A program made the position numbers and the translations under genes. DNA of 64,000 nt from Halarcobacter sp. (GTDB taxonomy: Bacteria; Campylobacterota; Campylobacteria; Campylobacterales; Arcobacteraceae). A model generated the notes under the pieces. That model saw only the letters and a list, made by a program, of their open reading frames with translations. It did no database searches and was not told where the DNA came from. The DNA lies in contig OY781089.1 in NCBI GenBank assembly GCA_963676565.1, forward strand, positions 320,001-384,000, in the 5' to 3' direction. This document shows positions 38,754 through 48,313 of the stretch, one piece after another. Each line of letters starts with the position of its first letter. The stretch's first letter is position 1.

Positions 38754-39472
38754 CTATGCTCTTTCTCATTCATATATGAAAACAAAAACTCTGCATATTT
38801 AAAATCTATTTCGGTATCAATATCAATAGATACATCTTTATCCATTTCAAAAGCAAAAATATTATTATTTAAAAATACACTATCTACTTTACTAAAACTC
38901 TCTACTTTACAAATAAAAATTGCGCCATTAAGTCTATAATATTTTTCTAAATCTTGACTTTTACTATTTGTAGGAATATTTTGAAGGAAAAGAGACATAT
39001 CTTTTGAAGGAGGAAGAATACCAGTCCATTGTATTGGGTGTTCAACTTCACAAACAGATACAACTGCTTCTGCATTTTTATTAAACAAAAATTCTATTGC
39101 ATTATCAATATGGATTTCATCTCTTAAAGGGGAAGTTGGTTGTAAATAAATTAAATATTCAAATTCCATAAGAAGATTGTTTTTATAAAATTCTAATGTA
39201 TGCTTTATCACTTCATCTTTAGTTGTGTTATCTCTAGATATCTCTTTGGGTCGTAAGAATGGAGTTTTAGCACCAAATTTTTGAGATATCAATTTTATTT
39301 TTTCATCATCTGTACTAACCATAACTTCATCAATATATCTACTTTTACTAGCTGCTTCAATACTCCAAGAAATCAAAGGCTTTCCATTTAACTCTAATAT
39401 ATTCTTATTTTTAACTCTTTTACTCCCACTTCTTGCAGGAATTATTGCCAAAATTTTATTATTTTGATACAT
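38750..39472 (-). CDS. neuA: Acylneuraminate cytidylyltransferase (NeuA-like)
   Basis: IIPARSGSKR..KN, STDD, LQPTSPLR, NGAI and SIDID motifs. Confidence 0.88.
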   Translation of the reverse strand: MYQNNKILAIIPARSGSKRVKNKNILELNGKPLISWSIEAASKSRYIDEVMVSTDDEKIKLISQKFGAKTPFLRPKEISRDNTTKDEVIKHTLEFYKNNLLMEFEYLIYLQPTSPLRDEIHIDNAIEFLFNKNAEAVVSVCEVEHPIQWTGILPPSKDMSLFLQNIPTNSKSQDLEKYYRLNGAIFICKVESFSKVDSVFLNNNIFAFEMDKDVSIDIDTEIDFKYAEFLFSYMNEKEHR

Positions 39473-40871
39473 TTTTTAAGACTTCTTCAATTTCATCTTT
39501 ACTTTTTAAGCTTTCATAAGTAGGTAAATTTAAACCTCTTTTTGAAAGAGCATGGGAAATAGGTGTTGAAGAATTACAATATTCTTTATAAATTTCCATA
39601 TCACTTAAAGGATAAAAAAATGGTCTCGCGTCAATTCCATTATCTTTTAATTTTGAAATAAATTCATCCCTATTTGTTTCTTCAGAAATTAAAGCACTAA
39701 CCAACCAAGTAACCCTTTCTCTTTTTTCTAAATCTACTTGAAATTTGAAATTACTTTTTGTAAGTACTTTTTTATATGTTTTTTCATATTTTCTTCTATT
39801 TTCATGAATCTCGTCTATTCTTTCTAATTGAGCGAGTCCAATTGATGCTTGTAAATTTGTTAATCGATAATTAAACCCAACTACATCATTCCAGTATCGT
39901 CTTTTTTTATTCATTCCATGATCTCTTAATACTCTCATTTTTTCGTCAAGAATTTTACTTTGGGTAACACACATTCCACCTTCACCAGTAGTTATAATTT
40001 TATTACCAAAAAAAGAGAAACATCCTATATCCCCAAAACTCCCTACTTTTTTATTATCATATTTTGAACCATGAGCTTGGGCACAATCTTCTATAACTTT
40101 CAGATTATACTCTTTAGCTATCTTTATGATTTCATCCATATTACACACTTGTCCATACAAATGTACAGGGATAATTGCCTTAGTCTTTGGAGTAATTGCT
40201 TTTCTAATCTCTACAGGATCAATACACCAGCTATCCTCTTCTATATCAACGATTACAGGAGTTGCATTTGAATGAAGTACAGCATTTATAGTTGCTGAAA
40301 ACGTTAAATCTGGAATTATCACTTCATCTCCCTCCTTAACATCTAAAGTCACTAAAGCCAAATGAAGTGCAACCGTTCCATTAGATACAGCAACACCAAA
40401 AGAGCTGTCAACATAAGAAGAAAATCCCTCTTCGAATTTTGTAATATATTCGCCACTACTTGAAATCCAGCTACTTAAAAAAGCATCCATAAGATACTTA
40501 AATTCATTTCCATTTAAATTAGGTATTGCTATTGGGAAATTTATATTTTGCCTATATTCAAAATAATCAACTACTTCTCTTTTATCATTTACTAAAGGAA
40601 TTATCTTAACCCTATCAGATATTTTACCAATCAAACTTTTATGTGACTCATTAGTTTTTCCATAGGTGAAGTCATCTTTTAAAATTGAAAATATTTTTTC
40701 ACTTAATGGAATATCCGTTAATAAGGCTCTTCTTATATCTCCATCGGTAACCACACCACACAATTTATTTTTATCATCAACAATAAAAGATATTCCCATA
40801 GCATTATCATTAATAACTTTCATAACATCAAGTAAACTTGCATCAACATTAGATAACATTTTTTCAATCAT
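39459..40871 (-). CDS. CBS-pair + DegT/perosamine-synthase-like aminotransferase fusion
   Basis: N-terminal GVVTDGDIRRALL (CBS); then WISS.G, SNGTVALHLAL, EDCAQAHG, SFFGNKIITTGEGG and GFNYRLTN. Start at ATG 40871, overlapping the upstream stop. Confidence 0.85.
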   Translation of the reverse strand: MIEKMLSNVDASLLDVMKVINDNAMGISFIVDDKNKLCGVVTDGDIRRALLTDIPLSEKIFSILKDDFTYGKTNESHKSLIGKISDRVKIIPLVNDKREVVDYFEYRQNINFPIAIPNLNGNEFKYLMDAFLSSWISSSGEYITKFEEGFSSYVDSSFGVAVSNGTVALHLALVTLDVKEGDEVIIPDLTFSATINAVLHSNATPVIVDIEEDSWCIDPVEIRKAITPKTKAIIPVHLYGQVCNMDEIIKIAKEYNLKVIEDCAQAHGSKYDNKKVGSFGDIGCFSFFGNKIITTGEGGMCVTQSKILDEKMRVLRDHGMNKKRRYWNDVVGFNYRLTNLQASIGLAQLERIDEIHENRRKYEKTYKKVLTKSNFKFQVDLEKRERVTWLVSALISEETNRDEFISKLKDNGIDARPFFYPLSDMEIYKEYCNSSTPISHALSKRGLNLPTYESLKSKDEIEEVLKNVSK

Positions 40872-41718
40872 TATAAACCTCTTGTAGAACCTCAATACTA
40901 TTTTTAATATCATTTAATCCACTATAAATTTCAAGTGTTATATCTCTATTTTTTAAATCATTTTTTTTTAAAATATTTATTAATTCTGATTCTTTTTTTA
41001 TAGAAAGATTTAAATCTTGTAAGCCATCATTATCACTTAAATGTAAATAATCTGTCTGTTTAATCATATTTAACAACTCACTTTCAAAAACTAAACCTAA
41101 AGTTTTACAGCTTACTTTTAAATGAGCGATATCCAAAAGAAGTTTAAAATTTATAAATTCTTTTAATTCTTCAAACTCTTTATAATTAGTTAACATAAAT
41201 GGATTAACTTTTTCATATGTTTTAGAATTCAACGAAGAAAAAACATTGTTTTCTAAATATACTTCAATCTGAATAAACTCTTTTTTTAATATATTAAAAC
41301 CTTCACAAAATCTTTTTATTGATTTCTTTTTATCAAAAATATCTTCTTTTGAAAGTTTCTTACCTATCTGATTTATTTTAATATCTATAAAAAAACCAGC
41401 ATGAAACCCAAACTTTGAAGAGGATAATTTATTACTCAAAGTTAATGAATTTATTAAATGCTCTAAACTTTTATTAAAAATTTCATCATTTAAAGATGCC
41501 AAATTTATTACGAAGGGCTCTTTAGGAGGAGGAAAATAGTTATGACATAAATAATTTAAGTCATATTTATTTTTTAACTCTAATAAATCCTCATCAAAAC
41601 CATCATAATATTCTGTACCACCGGAAAGTTCAATATTTTTAAATCCATTATCTACTAATTCTTGAACAGAATCTTTTATTTTTTTATGCTTTACGCAAGA
41701 AGAAGAGATATAAATCAA
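40864..41718 (-). CDS. TIM-barrel protein (xylose isomerase/AP endonuclease 2-like sugar isomerase/epimerase)
   Basis: IELS, HNYFPPP, FHAG, LENN, LLDIAH, LHLSDNDG..D and TLE metal-ligand pattern. Confidence 0.75.
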   Translation of the reverse strand: MIYISSSCVKHKKIKDSVQELVDNGFKNIELSGGTEYYDGFDEDLLELKNKYDLNYLCHNYFPPPKEPFVINLASLNDEIFNKSLEHLINSLTLSNKLSSSKFGFHAGFFIDIKINQIGKKLSKEDIFDKKKSIKRFCEGFNILKKEFIQIEVYLENNVFSSLNSKTYEKVNPFMLTNYKEFEELKEFINFKLLLDIAHLKVSCKTLGLVFESELLNMIKQTDYLHLSDNDGLQDLNLSIKKESELINILKKNDLKNRDITLEIYSGLNDIKNSIEVLQEVYND

Positions 41719-42329
41719 TTTACTCTCCTTGCAGGATTTCCAACATAAGTTCCTGCTTTAGTAATATTTTTTATAACCACACTACCTGCACCAATAATAA
41801 CATCACTACAAATATTTATTTTATCAATAATTGTCGCATTAGCTCCAATAAAACATCTGTCTTCTATGCTTACTCTACCACATATTTTGGTTCCTACTGA
41901 GATATGGTTATGATTGCCAATTTTAACTTCATGTTCTAATATTGCTGATGTATTAATAATATTATTATCCCCTATTTGAGAAGAAGAATTTATGTATGCA
42001 TTTGCAAATATTTGATTAGAACTTCCTAAAGTCACACTTTTTTCTATATAGCTTGTTTTATGAAAAAGATTCTCTTTAATCATCTTTTTATTAAATTGAT
42101 TAAAGTACTTTTCCCTTAAAGTATTATCCCCTATAGATAAAAAAATTTTCTCTTCATCACTAATGGAAGAAAGTGAACCAGTAACTTTTACACCCTCAAT
42201 CAGTTCATTTTCTTCATAACTAAAATTTTCATCATAAATTCTTAATTTAGATGATTGAAATTTATTTTTTAAAAGATTTAATGAAGATCGAGTATGACCT
42301 CCTGCACCTATAATTGCAATTTTATTCAT
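41715..42329 (-). CDS. NeuD/PglD-family sugar acetyltransferase
   Basis: IIGAGGH, IGDN..R, hexapeptide repeats with EHE, and GNPAR. Confidence 0.88.
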   Translation of the reverse strand: MNKIAIIGAGGHTRSSLNLLKNKFQSSKLRIYDENFSYEENELIEGVKVTGSLSSISDEEKIFLSIGDNTLREKYFNQFNKKMIKENLFHKTSYIEKSVTLGSSNQIFANAYINSSSQIGDNNIINTSAILEHEVKIGNHNHISVGTKICGRVSIEDRCFIGANATIIDKINICSDVIIGAGSVVIKNITKAGTYVGNPARRVN

Positions 42330-43372
42330 AAACTAATTATCTCATCTTTTTCAAAATCTTCTTTAGCCTTTTTCCCAACTATTTCATTAAAATAAATTGG
42401 AGAAATTCCAATTCCTCCTGTTCTTTTTGCAACAATATTATTTTCACAAAAGAATTCTCCTTTCTTTATTTCCAATTTAGCTACAAGACATTTTTGTAAA
42501 GAAACCCTTGTTTTAGTCTCACTCAAGGTTGGTTTTTTAATACCACTTCCCATAAATGAGTCAACTTTTCTAACTAATCTAACAAATTCTTTTAACTCAT
42601 CAGGAGATAATGAAGCTTTATGATCAGGCCCTTCTAATGCTTTGTTCAGAGTAAAATGTTTCTCAACTACCTTAGCTCCCATAGGAATTGCAAAAGCTGC
42701 TGCACCTACACCTTGAGTATGGTCACTATACCCTAGCAATATATCAAAGTTATTTTTAAAAGTATTCAAAACTTCTAAATTTGCTTCACTATCTTCAATT
42801 GGGTAATTTGCTGTGCATTGCATAAGAACAACATCTTTATTATATTTATATATAGTTTCTAAAGCCATTTTAACTTCACTTAAAAAACTCATACCTGTTG
42901 ATAAAAATATAGGTTTATTTTTTAAAGCTACTTTTTTTAGAAAAGGTAAATTAGTTATATCTGTTGAAGCTATTTTATATGCAGGTAAATTAAGTTCATC
43001 TAGTTCATCTAAACTTAATTCATCAAAAGGTGTAGTTAAAAAGATTATACCTTTTTTTTCACTATAGTTTTTTAACTCTAAGTTTTGTTCCTTTGTTACT
43101 TCAAGCTTTTTTAACATCTCTATTTGAGACTCATTAGAATTAGTTGTTTTTTCTTGATAAGGAGCTTTTTTTACTGAATCTAAAATCAAGTGTTCACTTT
43201 TAAAAGTTTGAAACTTCACTGCATCTGCTTCTGCTTCACTTGCTAAATCTATTAATTGTTTTGCAATATTAATATCTCCGCCATGGTTTACACCTGCTTC
43301 AGCAATTATAAAACTAGCAGATTCCTTTAAAATCTCTTTATTCCCTATTATTATATTTTTATTAAATTTCAT
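42326..43372 (-). CDS. neuB: NeuB-family nonulosonic acid synthase (second synthase)
   Basis: IIAEAGVNH.GD, KFQTF, KIAS, STGMS, GYSDHT, EKHFTL and GPDHKAS motifs; SAF domain. Confidence 0.9.
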   Translation of the reverse strand: MKFNKNIIIGNKEILKESASFIIAEAGVNHGGDINIAKQLIDLASEAEADAVKFQTFKSEHLILDSVKKAPYQEKTTNSNESQIEMLKKLEVTKEQNLELKNYSEKKGIIFLTTPFDELSLDELDELNLPAYKIASTDITNLPFLKKVALKNKPIFLSTGMSFLSEVKMALETIYKYNKDVVLMQCTANYPIEDSEANLEVLNTFKNNFDILLGYSDHTQGVGAAAFAIPMGAKVVEKHFTLNKALEGPDHKASLSPDELKEFVRLVRKVDSFMGSGIKKPTLSETKTRVSLQKCLVAKLEIKKGEFFCENNIVAKRTGGIGISPIYFNEIVGKKAKEDFEKDEIISL

Positions 43373-43377
43373 ATACT

Positions 43378-44193
43378 TTACTCAATATCTAATTTATCAA
43401 AATTAATAGACTTTAAATAACTATTTAAGCTATTAGACATTATATAATTATTCATATTTAACTGTCTATTCTGTCTTTGTATTGTTTTTCTAGCAAACTC
43501 TTTAGAAATATCATTTTCTAAAGCAAATCCAAAAAATATTGCTAATTTTGTAGATTTCTCTTTTTCTCTTTTTTCTTTGAAATATTCAAATTTATCTTTG
43601 CCAATATTTGAGCTTTTTTTCTCTATTTCTCTACAGACATTTTTGTCATCTTCATCTAAATAATAACCCTTATGTTTTAATCTTTGATCAAAAATTATAA
43701 CATCACCTTTATTTGATTTTATATTTATAGGTTTTTTAAATAGTTTTTCATCAAACTCTTTATGAGAGCCAGGTACTACACTTAAACCATACTCATTTAA
43801 GTCATGATTTTGAAGGTAGATTCCAACCTTATAAATTTTTGCCAAATTAAATGTTTTTTCATCTTCAAAACCATCAATATAATCCGAAGACAAATCCCTA
43901 TGCCAATTATTAAACATATTATATGATAAATCATTATGATAAATATACTTTATATCTCCAACTATACCCTTTAAATGCTTTACAAGTTTTTTATTCAATA
44001 CTACTCTAAGTGCAGGAACATACTCAAAAAAATTTGTAATTACTTTTCCACAATTATGATAAAAGAACTTATTTCTTTCATCTGAAAAATATTCTGTTGC
44101 TATATTATTAAAAGTATCAATGTCTTCACTACTAAAAAAATTTTCTAGAATTATATAACCATGTTCAGATAAATCTTTTTTATAATTTTTCAT
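43378..44193 (-). CDS. Phytanoyl-CoA dioxygenase (PhyH)-family Fe(II)/2-oxoglutarate oxygenase
   Basis: GYIILENFF, WHRD (HxD), IYLQ, L.VVPGSH and GDVIIFD.RLKH.G motifs. Confidence 0.8.
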   Translation of the reverse strand: MKNYKKDLSEHGYIILENFFSSEDIDTFNNIATEYFSDERNKFFYHNCGKVITNFFEYVPALRVVLNKKLVKHLKGIVGDIKYIYHNDLSYNMFNNWHRDLSSDYIDGFEDEKTFNLAKIYKVGIYLQNHDLNEYGLSVVPGSHKEFDEKLFKKPINIKSNKGDVIIFDQRLKHKGYYLDEDDKNVCREIEKKSSNIGKDKFEYFKEKREKEKSTKLAIFFGFALENDISKEFARKTIQRQNRQLNMNNYIMSNSLNSYLKSINFDKLDIE

Positions 44194-45503
44194 CTAAATT
44201 CCTTCAATATATAATTGATGTTTTTTTCTAAACTTTCTTTATAATTTACAAATGATAATTTTTTAGTACCTATATTTTTTTTATTTATTAGCAAAGTATA
44301 ATCCTCTTTATTATTAACTATTTTTAAATAATCCAATTTTTTAAAATAATCATAATACATTGTTGAATAATTTTCAATATTAATAAGTATCGTTGGTTTT
44401 CCAAACACTAAAGATTCATAAGCACAAGTAGAATAAACAGTTGTATGAATATCACTATTTAACAAAATTTCATAGCAATTAAATTCAGGCATTGTATAAA
44501 AATTTCTTGTATACTCTATTTCCTCTTTATTTGTTCTAGGGATTAAAATAAATAAGATTCTTGTATTTATTTTAGCTACATCTTTAATAAACTCAATTAA
44601 TTTTAATTCAACAGTATCTTGACTTGATATGGATACTATTTTTGAAAAAGTTTTTTTTAAAGTTCTAAAAGCTTCTATTTTTTCTATTTTTTTATTTAAA
44701 AAATCTAAATGATAATTCCCTTGAATAAAAATATTTTTATTTTCATACATACTTTTATTAGATAAATACTCTTTATCTAACTGACTAAATACTAAAAAAT
44801 AATTTGGCTTAAAAAGAGATTCAATTTCAAAGTTTGTATCATAAGCAAAATGACCAATAATCGATCCATGTTGCACTTCAATGACAGGAATATTTAACTC
44901 TCTTGCAGCTAATATAATATTTAACTTTCCTATATAACCATCAATAAATATAGTTTTAGGTTGTAATTCGTTTAATATCTTTTTTATTGAGAAATAATAC
45001 TTGAAAAAATTTCGCAATTTATTTTTATAATCAAATTTTATACCTAATATTTTAAAAGTTTTCAGGAGCAGTTCTTCATTCTCTATTTTGAAATCAAACA
45101 ATTCACTATCTATTTTACTTTTTAGTAGAGTATTATAATCAAAAACATTTTTTGAATATAAAGTAAATTCTTGTAAATCTTCTAAAAAAATAGATGAATT
45201 TTGTCCCAAATAATCTGCAATAGGATCAAGAATAGGATCAAGATATTTATTATTATATAACCTTCTATTTATAGAAGATGTAAACATAAGATTTTTATTT
45301 TTATTATTTTCTAAATTTAATATTTCAAAATTTTTTTCAACTACAGACTTTTCATCTTTGTACTCTATATTTTTTCTAATTTCAGAAGTCTTTACAATAT
45401 TAAATAAGATATTTCTAACTATCATCCAAATAGAAATATTATTTACTCTAATTGAATTTATAGGATATTTTTTTTCTATTTCTATAATTTCTTGATAAGT
45501 CAT
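44190..45503 (-). CDS. Putative glycosyltransferase (candidate nonulosonate transferase, GT-B-like)
   Basis: IEVQHG.I...H.AY, P.YFLVF and D...TVYST..YE....GKP pattern; located in front of the NeuB module. Confidence 0.5.
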   Translation of the reverse strand: MTYQEIIEIEKKYPINSIRVNNISIWMIVRNILFNIVKTSEIRKNIEYKDEKSVVEKNFEILNLENNKNKNLMFTSSINRRLYNNKYLDPILDPIADYLGQNSSIFLEDLQEFTLYSKNVFDYNTLLKSKIDSELFDFKIENEELLLKTFKILGIKFDYKNKLRNFFKYYFSIKKILNELQPKTIFIDGYIGKLNIILAARELNIPVIEVQHGSIIGHFAYDTNFEIESLFKPNYFLVFSQLDKEYLSNKSMYENKNIFIQGNYHLDFLNKKIEKIEAFRTLKKTFSKIVSISSQDTVELKLIEFIKDVAKINTRILFILIPRTNKEEIEYTRNFYTMPEFNCYEILLNSDIHTTVYSTCAYESLVFGKPTILINIENYSTMYYDYFKKLDYLKIVNNKEDYTLLINKKNIGTKKLSFVNYKESLEKNINYILKEFR

Positions 45504-45506
45504 GAA

Positions 45507-47342
45507 CTAAATTTCACTCTTTAACTTACGAACTTCAATACCTTCAATCATTAAAAAGTCTAAACCTGTATCTAAAAAGTCATCTATTGCATCTTGAGGA
45601 GATTCAACAATTGTTCTTCCATGTTTATTAAATGAAGTATTTAACAAAACACCATAACCTGTTAAATTTTTAAATTCACTCAATATTTTATAATAGTTTG
45701 GATTACTTTCACAAGTTACAAATTGAACACGAGCAGTATTATCTATGTGAACAGCACAAGGAATTTTATCTATAAACTCATCTTTCATTATAAATGCACA
45801 TGTCATATCTTTATTTATATAAGAATTTTCAAATAATCTTTCCTTTTCATCTATCATTATACTAGGACAAAAAGGTTGATAAAAAGGCCTATTTTTAACT
45901 TCTATATTTAATTTATTAATACTATTTTTGTTTAAAGGATTACCTAAAATTGATCTATTACCTAATGCTCTAGGCCCCCATTCCATTTTTCCATGAAAAA
46001 TAGCACCTACTTCATCATTATATATATATTCAGCAGTTTTTTTCATCCAATTTTTGCCCAAATCTTTATAAAAAATGTTTGGAGTATTTTTTAAAACTGA
46101 TATTACTTCCTCTTTTGAATAACTTGTTCCTAAATATTGGGTGTTATATTTACGAATCCATGAAATATTTTCTTCAAGTTTAGTCTCTTCTAACAATTTT
46201 AAACAAATAGAACCCAAACCTAATCCATCATCAGACATTGCTGGAATTATATATATATTATTAGTAACTTCTTCGAATATTCTCATGTTTACAATTACAT
46301 TTGCAAATACTCCTCCCGCTAAAACAATATTTTTGATTTTATATTTTTCTACAATAGAAGATATATAATTCACAATTGATATTTCCAAAAATTTTTGAAC
46401 AGCTGCAGCAATATCTACTTTCGAAAATTTTATTAAATAATCATCAAAAGCTAGCTTATTAAAATATTTGTATAACAATTTTTGATCAATATCTAGAGTC
46501 AAATTACTCTTATCAAAAATCAAACACTCCTTTAGTTTATAAAAAATTTCATTATCAAAATTTCCATATGCAGCTAATGCTTCAACTTTTCCCTCTTCAC
46601 TAAATCTATGGAAACCTAATTTTAATGTAAAATACTCATAAATATTTCCAAGAGAATTTCCACAATCAATATCATCAAGATAAAAGTTTTTTCTTTTAGA
46701 ACCAACTTTATATTCAAATTTATCCTTAGAGCATAAAAATACTTTACTGAAATACCCATCCCCTGCACCATCAAATGTTATTGCAATTGCATGTTCATAA
46801 GGAGATAAAACAAAACTACCAAGAGCATGGGATTTATGATGATCAAAATACTCAATTTCATTTAATGATGAATCAAAAATCTTATTAATATATTTTGAAA
46901 CTTCTTCAGAAATAGTTACTGCATTTTTTTGTTGTGATTTTTTTATGTCAAATAGTTTTTTACCAGCATAACTTTGATTATAAATCAACTCTTGATCATA
47001 AAGAGACAATAACTTAAAAGAATTATGTTTTCGTACTAATTCACCTTTGTATTTTAAATTATAAAACTCTCTTAAAGCTGTTTCGTACTCATACCAATTA
47101 GAAAAATTTAACTTTTTAGCATAATCTTTTTCTGCTAAACAAAAAACTATATTTTTAACTAAAGATTTTTCAAGTTTCGTATATTCAAATATATTTTCCA
47201 AAATTTTAATTGGATAAATAGTGTCATGTTTATATCTAGTTACTCTTTCAGTAGAAATAGCAAATATATAATTTTTCTCTGGACAAATTACCACAACATT
47301 TGTATCGTGTCCAAAAAATTTCATCCCAATATATAACTTCAC
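45507..47342 (-). CDS. Carbamoyltransferase (NodU/CmcH/TobZ family)
   Basis: HD, ER.TR.KH, HH.SHA, DGAGD, GKV.ALA, AGGVFANV, EWGPRALGNRS, K.RP.YQPF.P, H.DNTARVQ and LNTSFN motifs. Confidence 0.92.
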   Translation of the reverse strand: MKLYIGMKFFGHDTNVVVICPEKNYIFAISTERVTRYKHDTIYPIKILENIFEYTKLEKSLVKNIVFCLAEKDYAKKLNFSNWYEYETALREFYNLKYKGELVRKHNSFKLLSLYDQELIYNQSYAGKKLFDIKKSQQKNAVTISEEVSKYINKIFDSSLNEIEYFDHHKSHALGSFVLSPYEHAIAITFDGAGDGYFSKVFLCSKDKFEYKVGSKRKNFYLDDIDCGNSLGNIYEYFTLKLGFHRFSEEGKVEALAAYGNFDNEIFYKLKECLIFDKSNLTLDIDQKLLYKYFNKLAFDDYLIKFSKVDIAAAVQKFLEISIVNYISSIVEKYKIKNIVLAGGVFANVIVNMRIFEEVTNNIYIIPAMSDDGLGLGSICLKLLEETKLEENISWIRKYNTQYLGTSYSKEEVISVLKNTPNIFYKDLGKNWMKKTAEYIYNDEVGAIFHGKMEWGPRALGNRSILGNPLNKNSINKLNIEVKNRPFYQPFCPSIMIDEKERLFENSYINKDMTCAFIMKDEFIDKIPCAVHIDNTARVQFVTCESNPNYYKILSEFKNLTGYGVLLNTSFNKHGRTIVESPQDAIDDFLDTGLDFLMIEGIEVRKLKSEI

Positions 47343-47344
47343 TT

Positions 47345-48313
47345 TTATACCTTAATATCTATTTTGATTTTTTTAGCAATTTCATTTTTACTAATAGCAG
47401 TTATAATCTGAGATTTGATAAAGTTTTTATCCTCTTCTTTTAATCGTAAAAATCTATGGCACTTATTACAAGTTTCATATGTCATATCAATAAATTCTTT
47501 TCTAATTTTATTAATTTGAGGTGAATTAAAAACTTTATATAAACCATCATTTACATTAGATAAATTAAACTCTGAAGAAAAATCTTGACAACATAATGAC
47601 ATTTTTCCATCATAAGATATAACAGGAGTATAAAAAGGGAAGTGACACCACTTTTTCTCATTAGATATATACTCAAAATTAAAGTAATGTTCTTTTAGCC
47701 TCTCATCATAAGAAGGAACAAATTCTCTACCATTAAAATAAGAAGAAGGATATAAAGGACTAACCTCTAAATAATCAATTAACTCAGCCCAATTTTCTAA
47801 AAATAAATTAAAGTTTGACTTAACTGAAAAAATATTGTTTATTCCAATCTCCATTTTAGAATTGCTACTATTTTTTGCATCTCTAAGTAGTTTCAAATTT
47901 CTTTTTATTTTTTCATATTTTAAAGGATATCTAAACAATTCAAAGCTTTCTTTATCCCATCCATCTATTGAAAATCTTACATAGTCTACCATTAAAAGCG
48001 TTTCGATATATTTATCAACATCAGAACCATTAGTTGATAAAGTTATAATAAATTCATTATCTTTTGCATATTTTACTAGACTATCAAGTTCAGGATGTAA
48101 AGTTGCTTCTCCTGTTTGATATAAACTGATATCTTTCACCCCTAGTTTTTTTGCATCATCTAAAATATTCTTAAAAAGAGAAAACTCCATAAAACTATTT
48201 TTTCTAGAACCATTCATCATCTCTCTAGCACAAAAAGGGCATTTGGCACTACATGCAGTTGTAATATCAATAACTAAACTTTTTGGTATATACTCATCTT
48301 TTAAATATCTCAT
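47345..48313 (-). CDS. Radical SAM protein with BtrN-like SPASM/Twitch domain
   Basis: CSAKCPFC; GEATLH; STNG; FSIDG; C-terminal CHFPF....ISYDG....CCQD ... CNKC. Confidence 0.88.
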   Translation of the reverse strand: MRYLKDEYIPKSLVIDITTACSAKCPFCAREMMNGSRKNSFMEFSLFKNILDDAKKLGVKDISLYQTGEATLHPELDSLVKYAKDNEFIITLSTNGSDVDKYIETLLMVDYVRFSIDGWDKESFELFRYPLKYEKIKRNLKLLRDAKNSSNSKMEIGINNIFSVKSNFNLFLENWAELIDYLEVSPLYPSSYFNGREFVPSYDERLKEHYFNFEYISNEKKWCHFPFYTPVISYDGKMSLCCQDFSSEFNLSNVNDGLYKVFNSPQINKIRKEFIDMTYETCNKCHRFLRLKEEDKNFIKSQIITAISKNEIAKKIKIDIKV

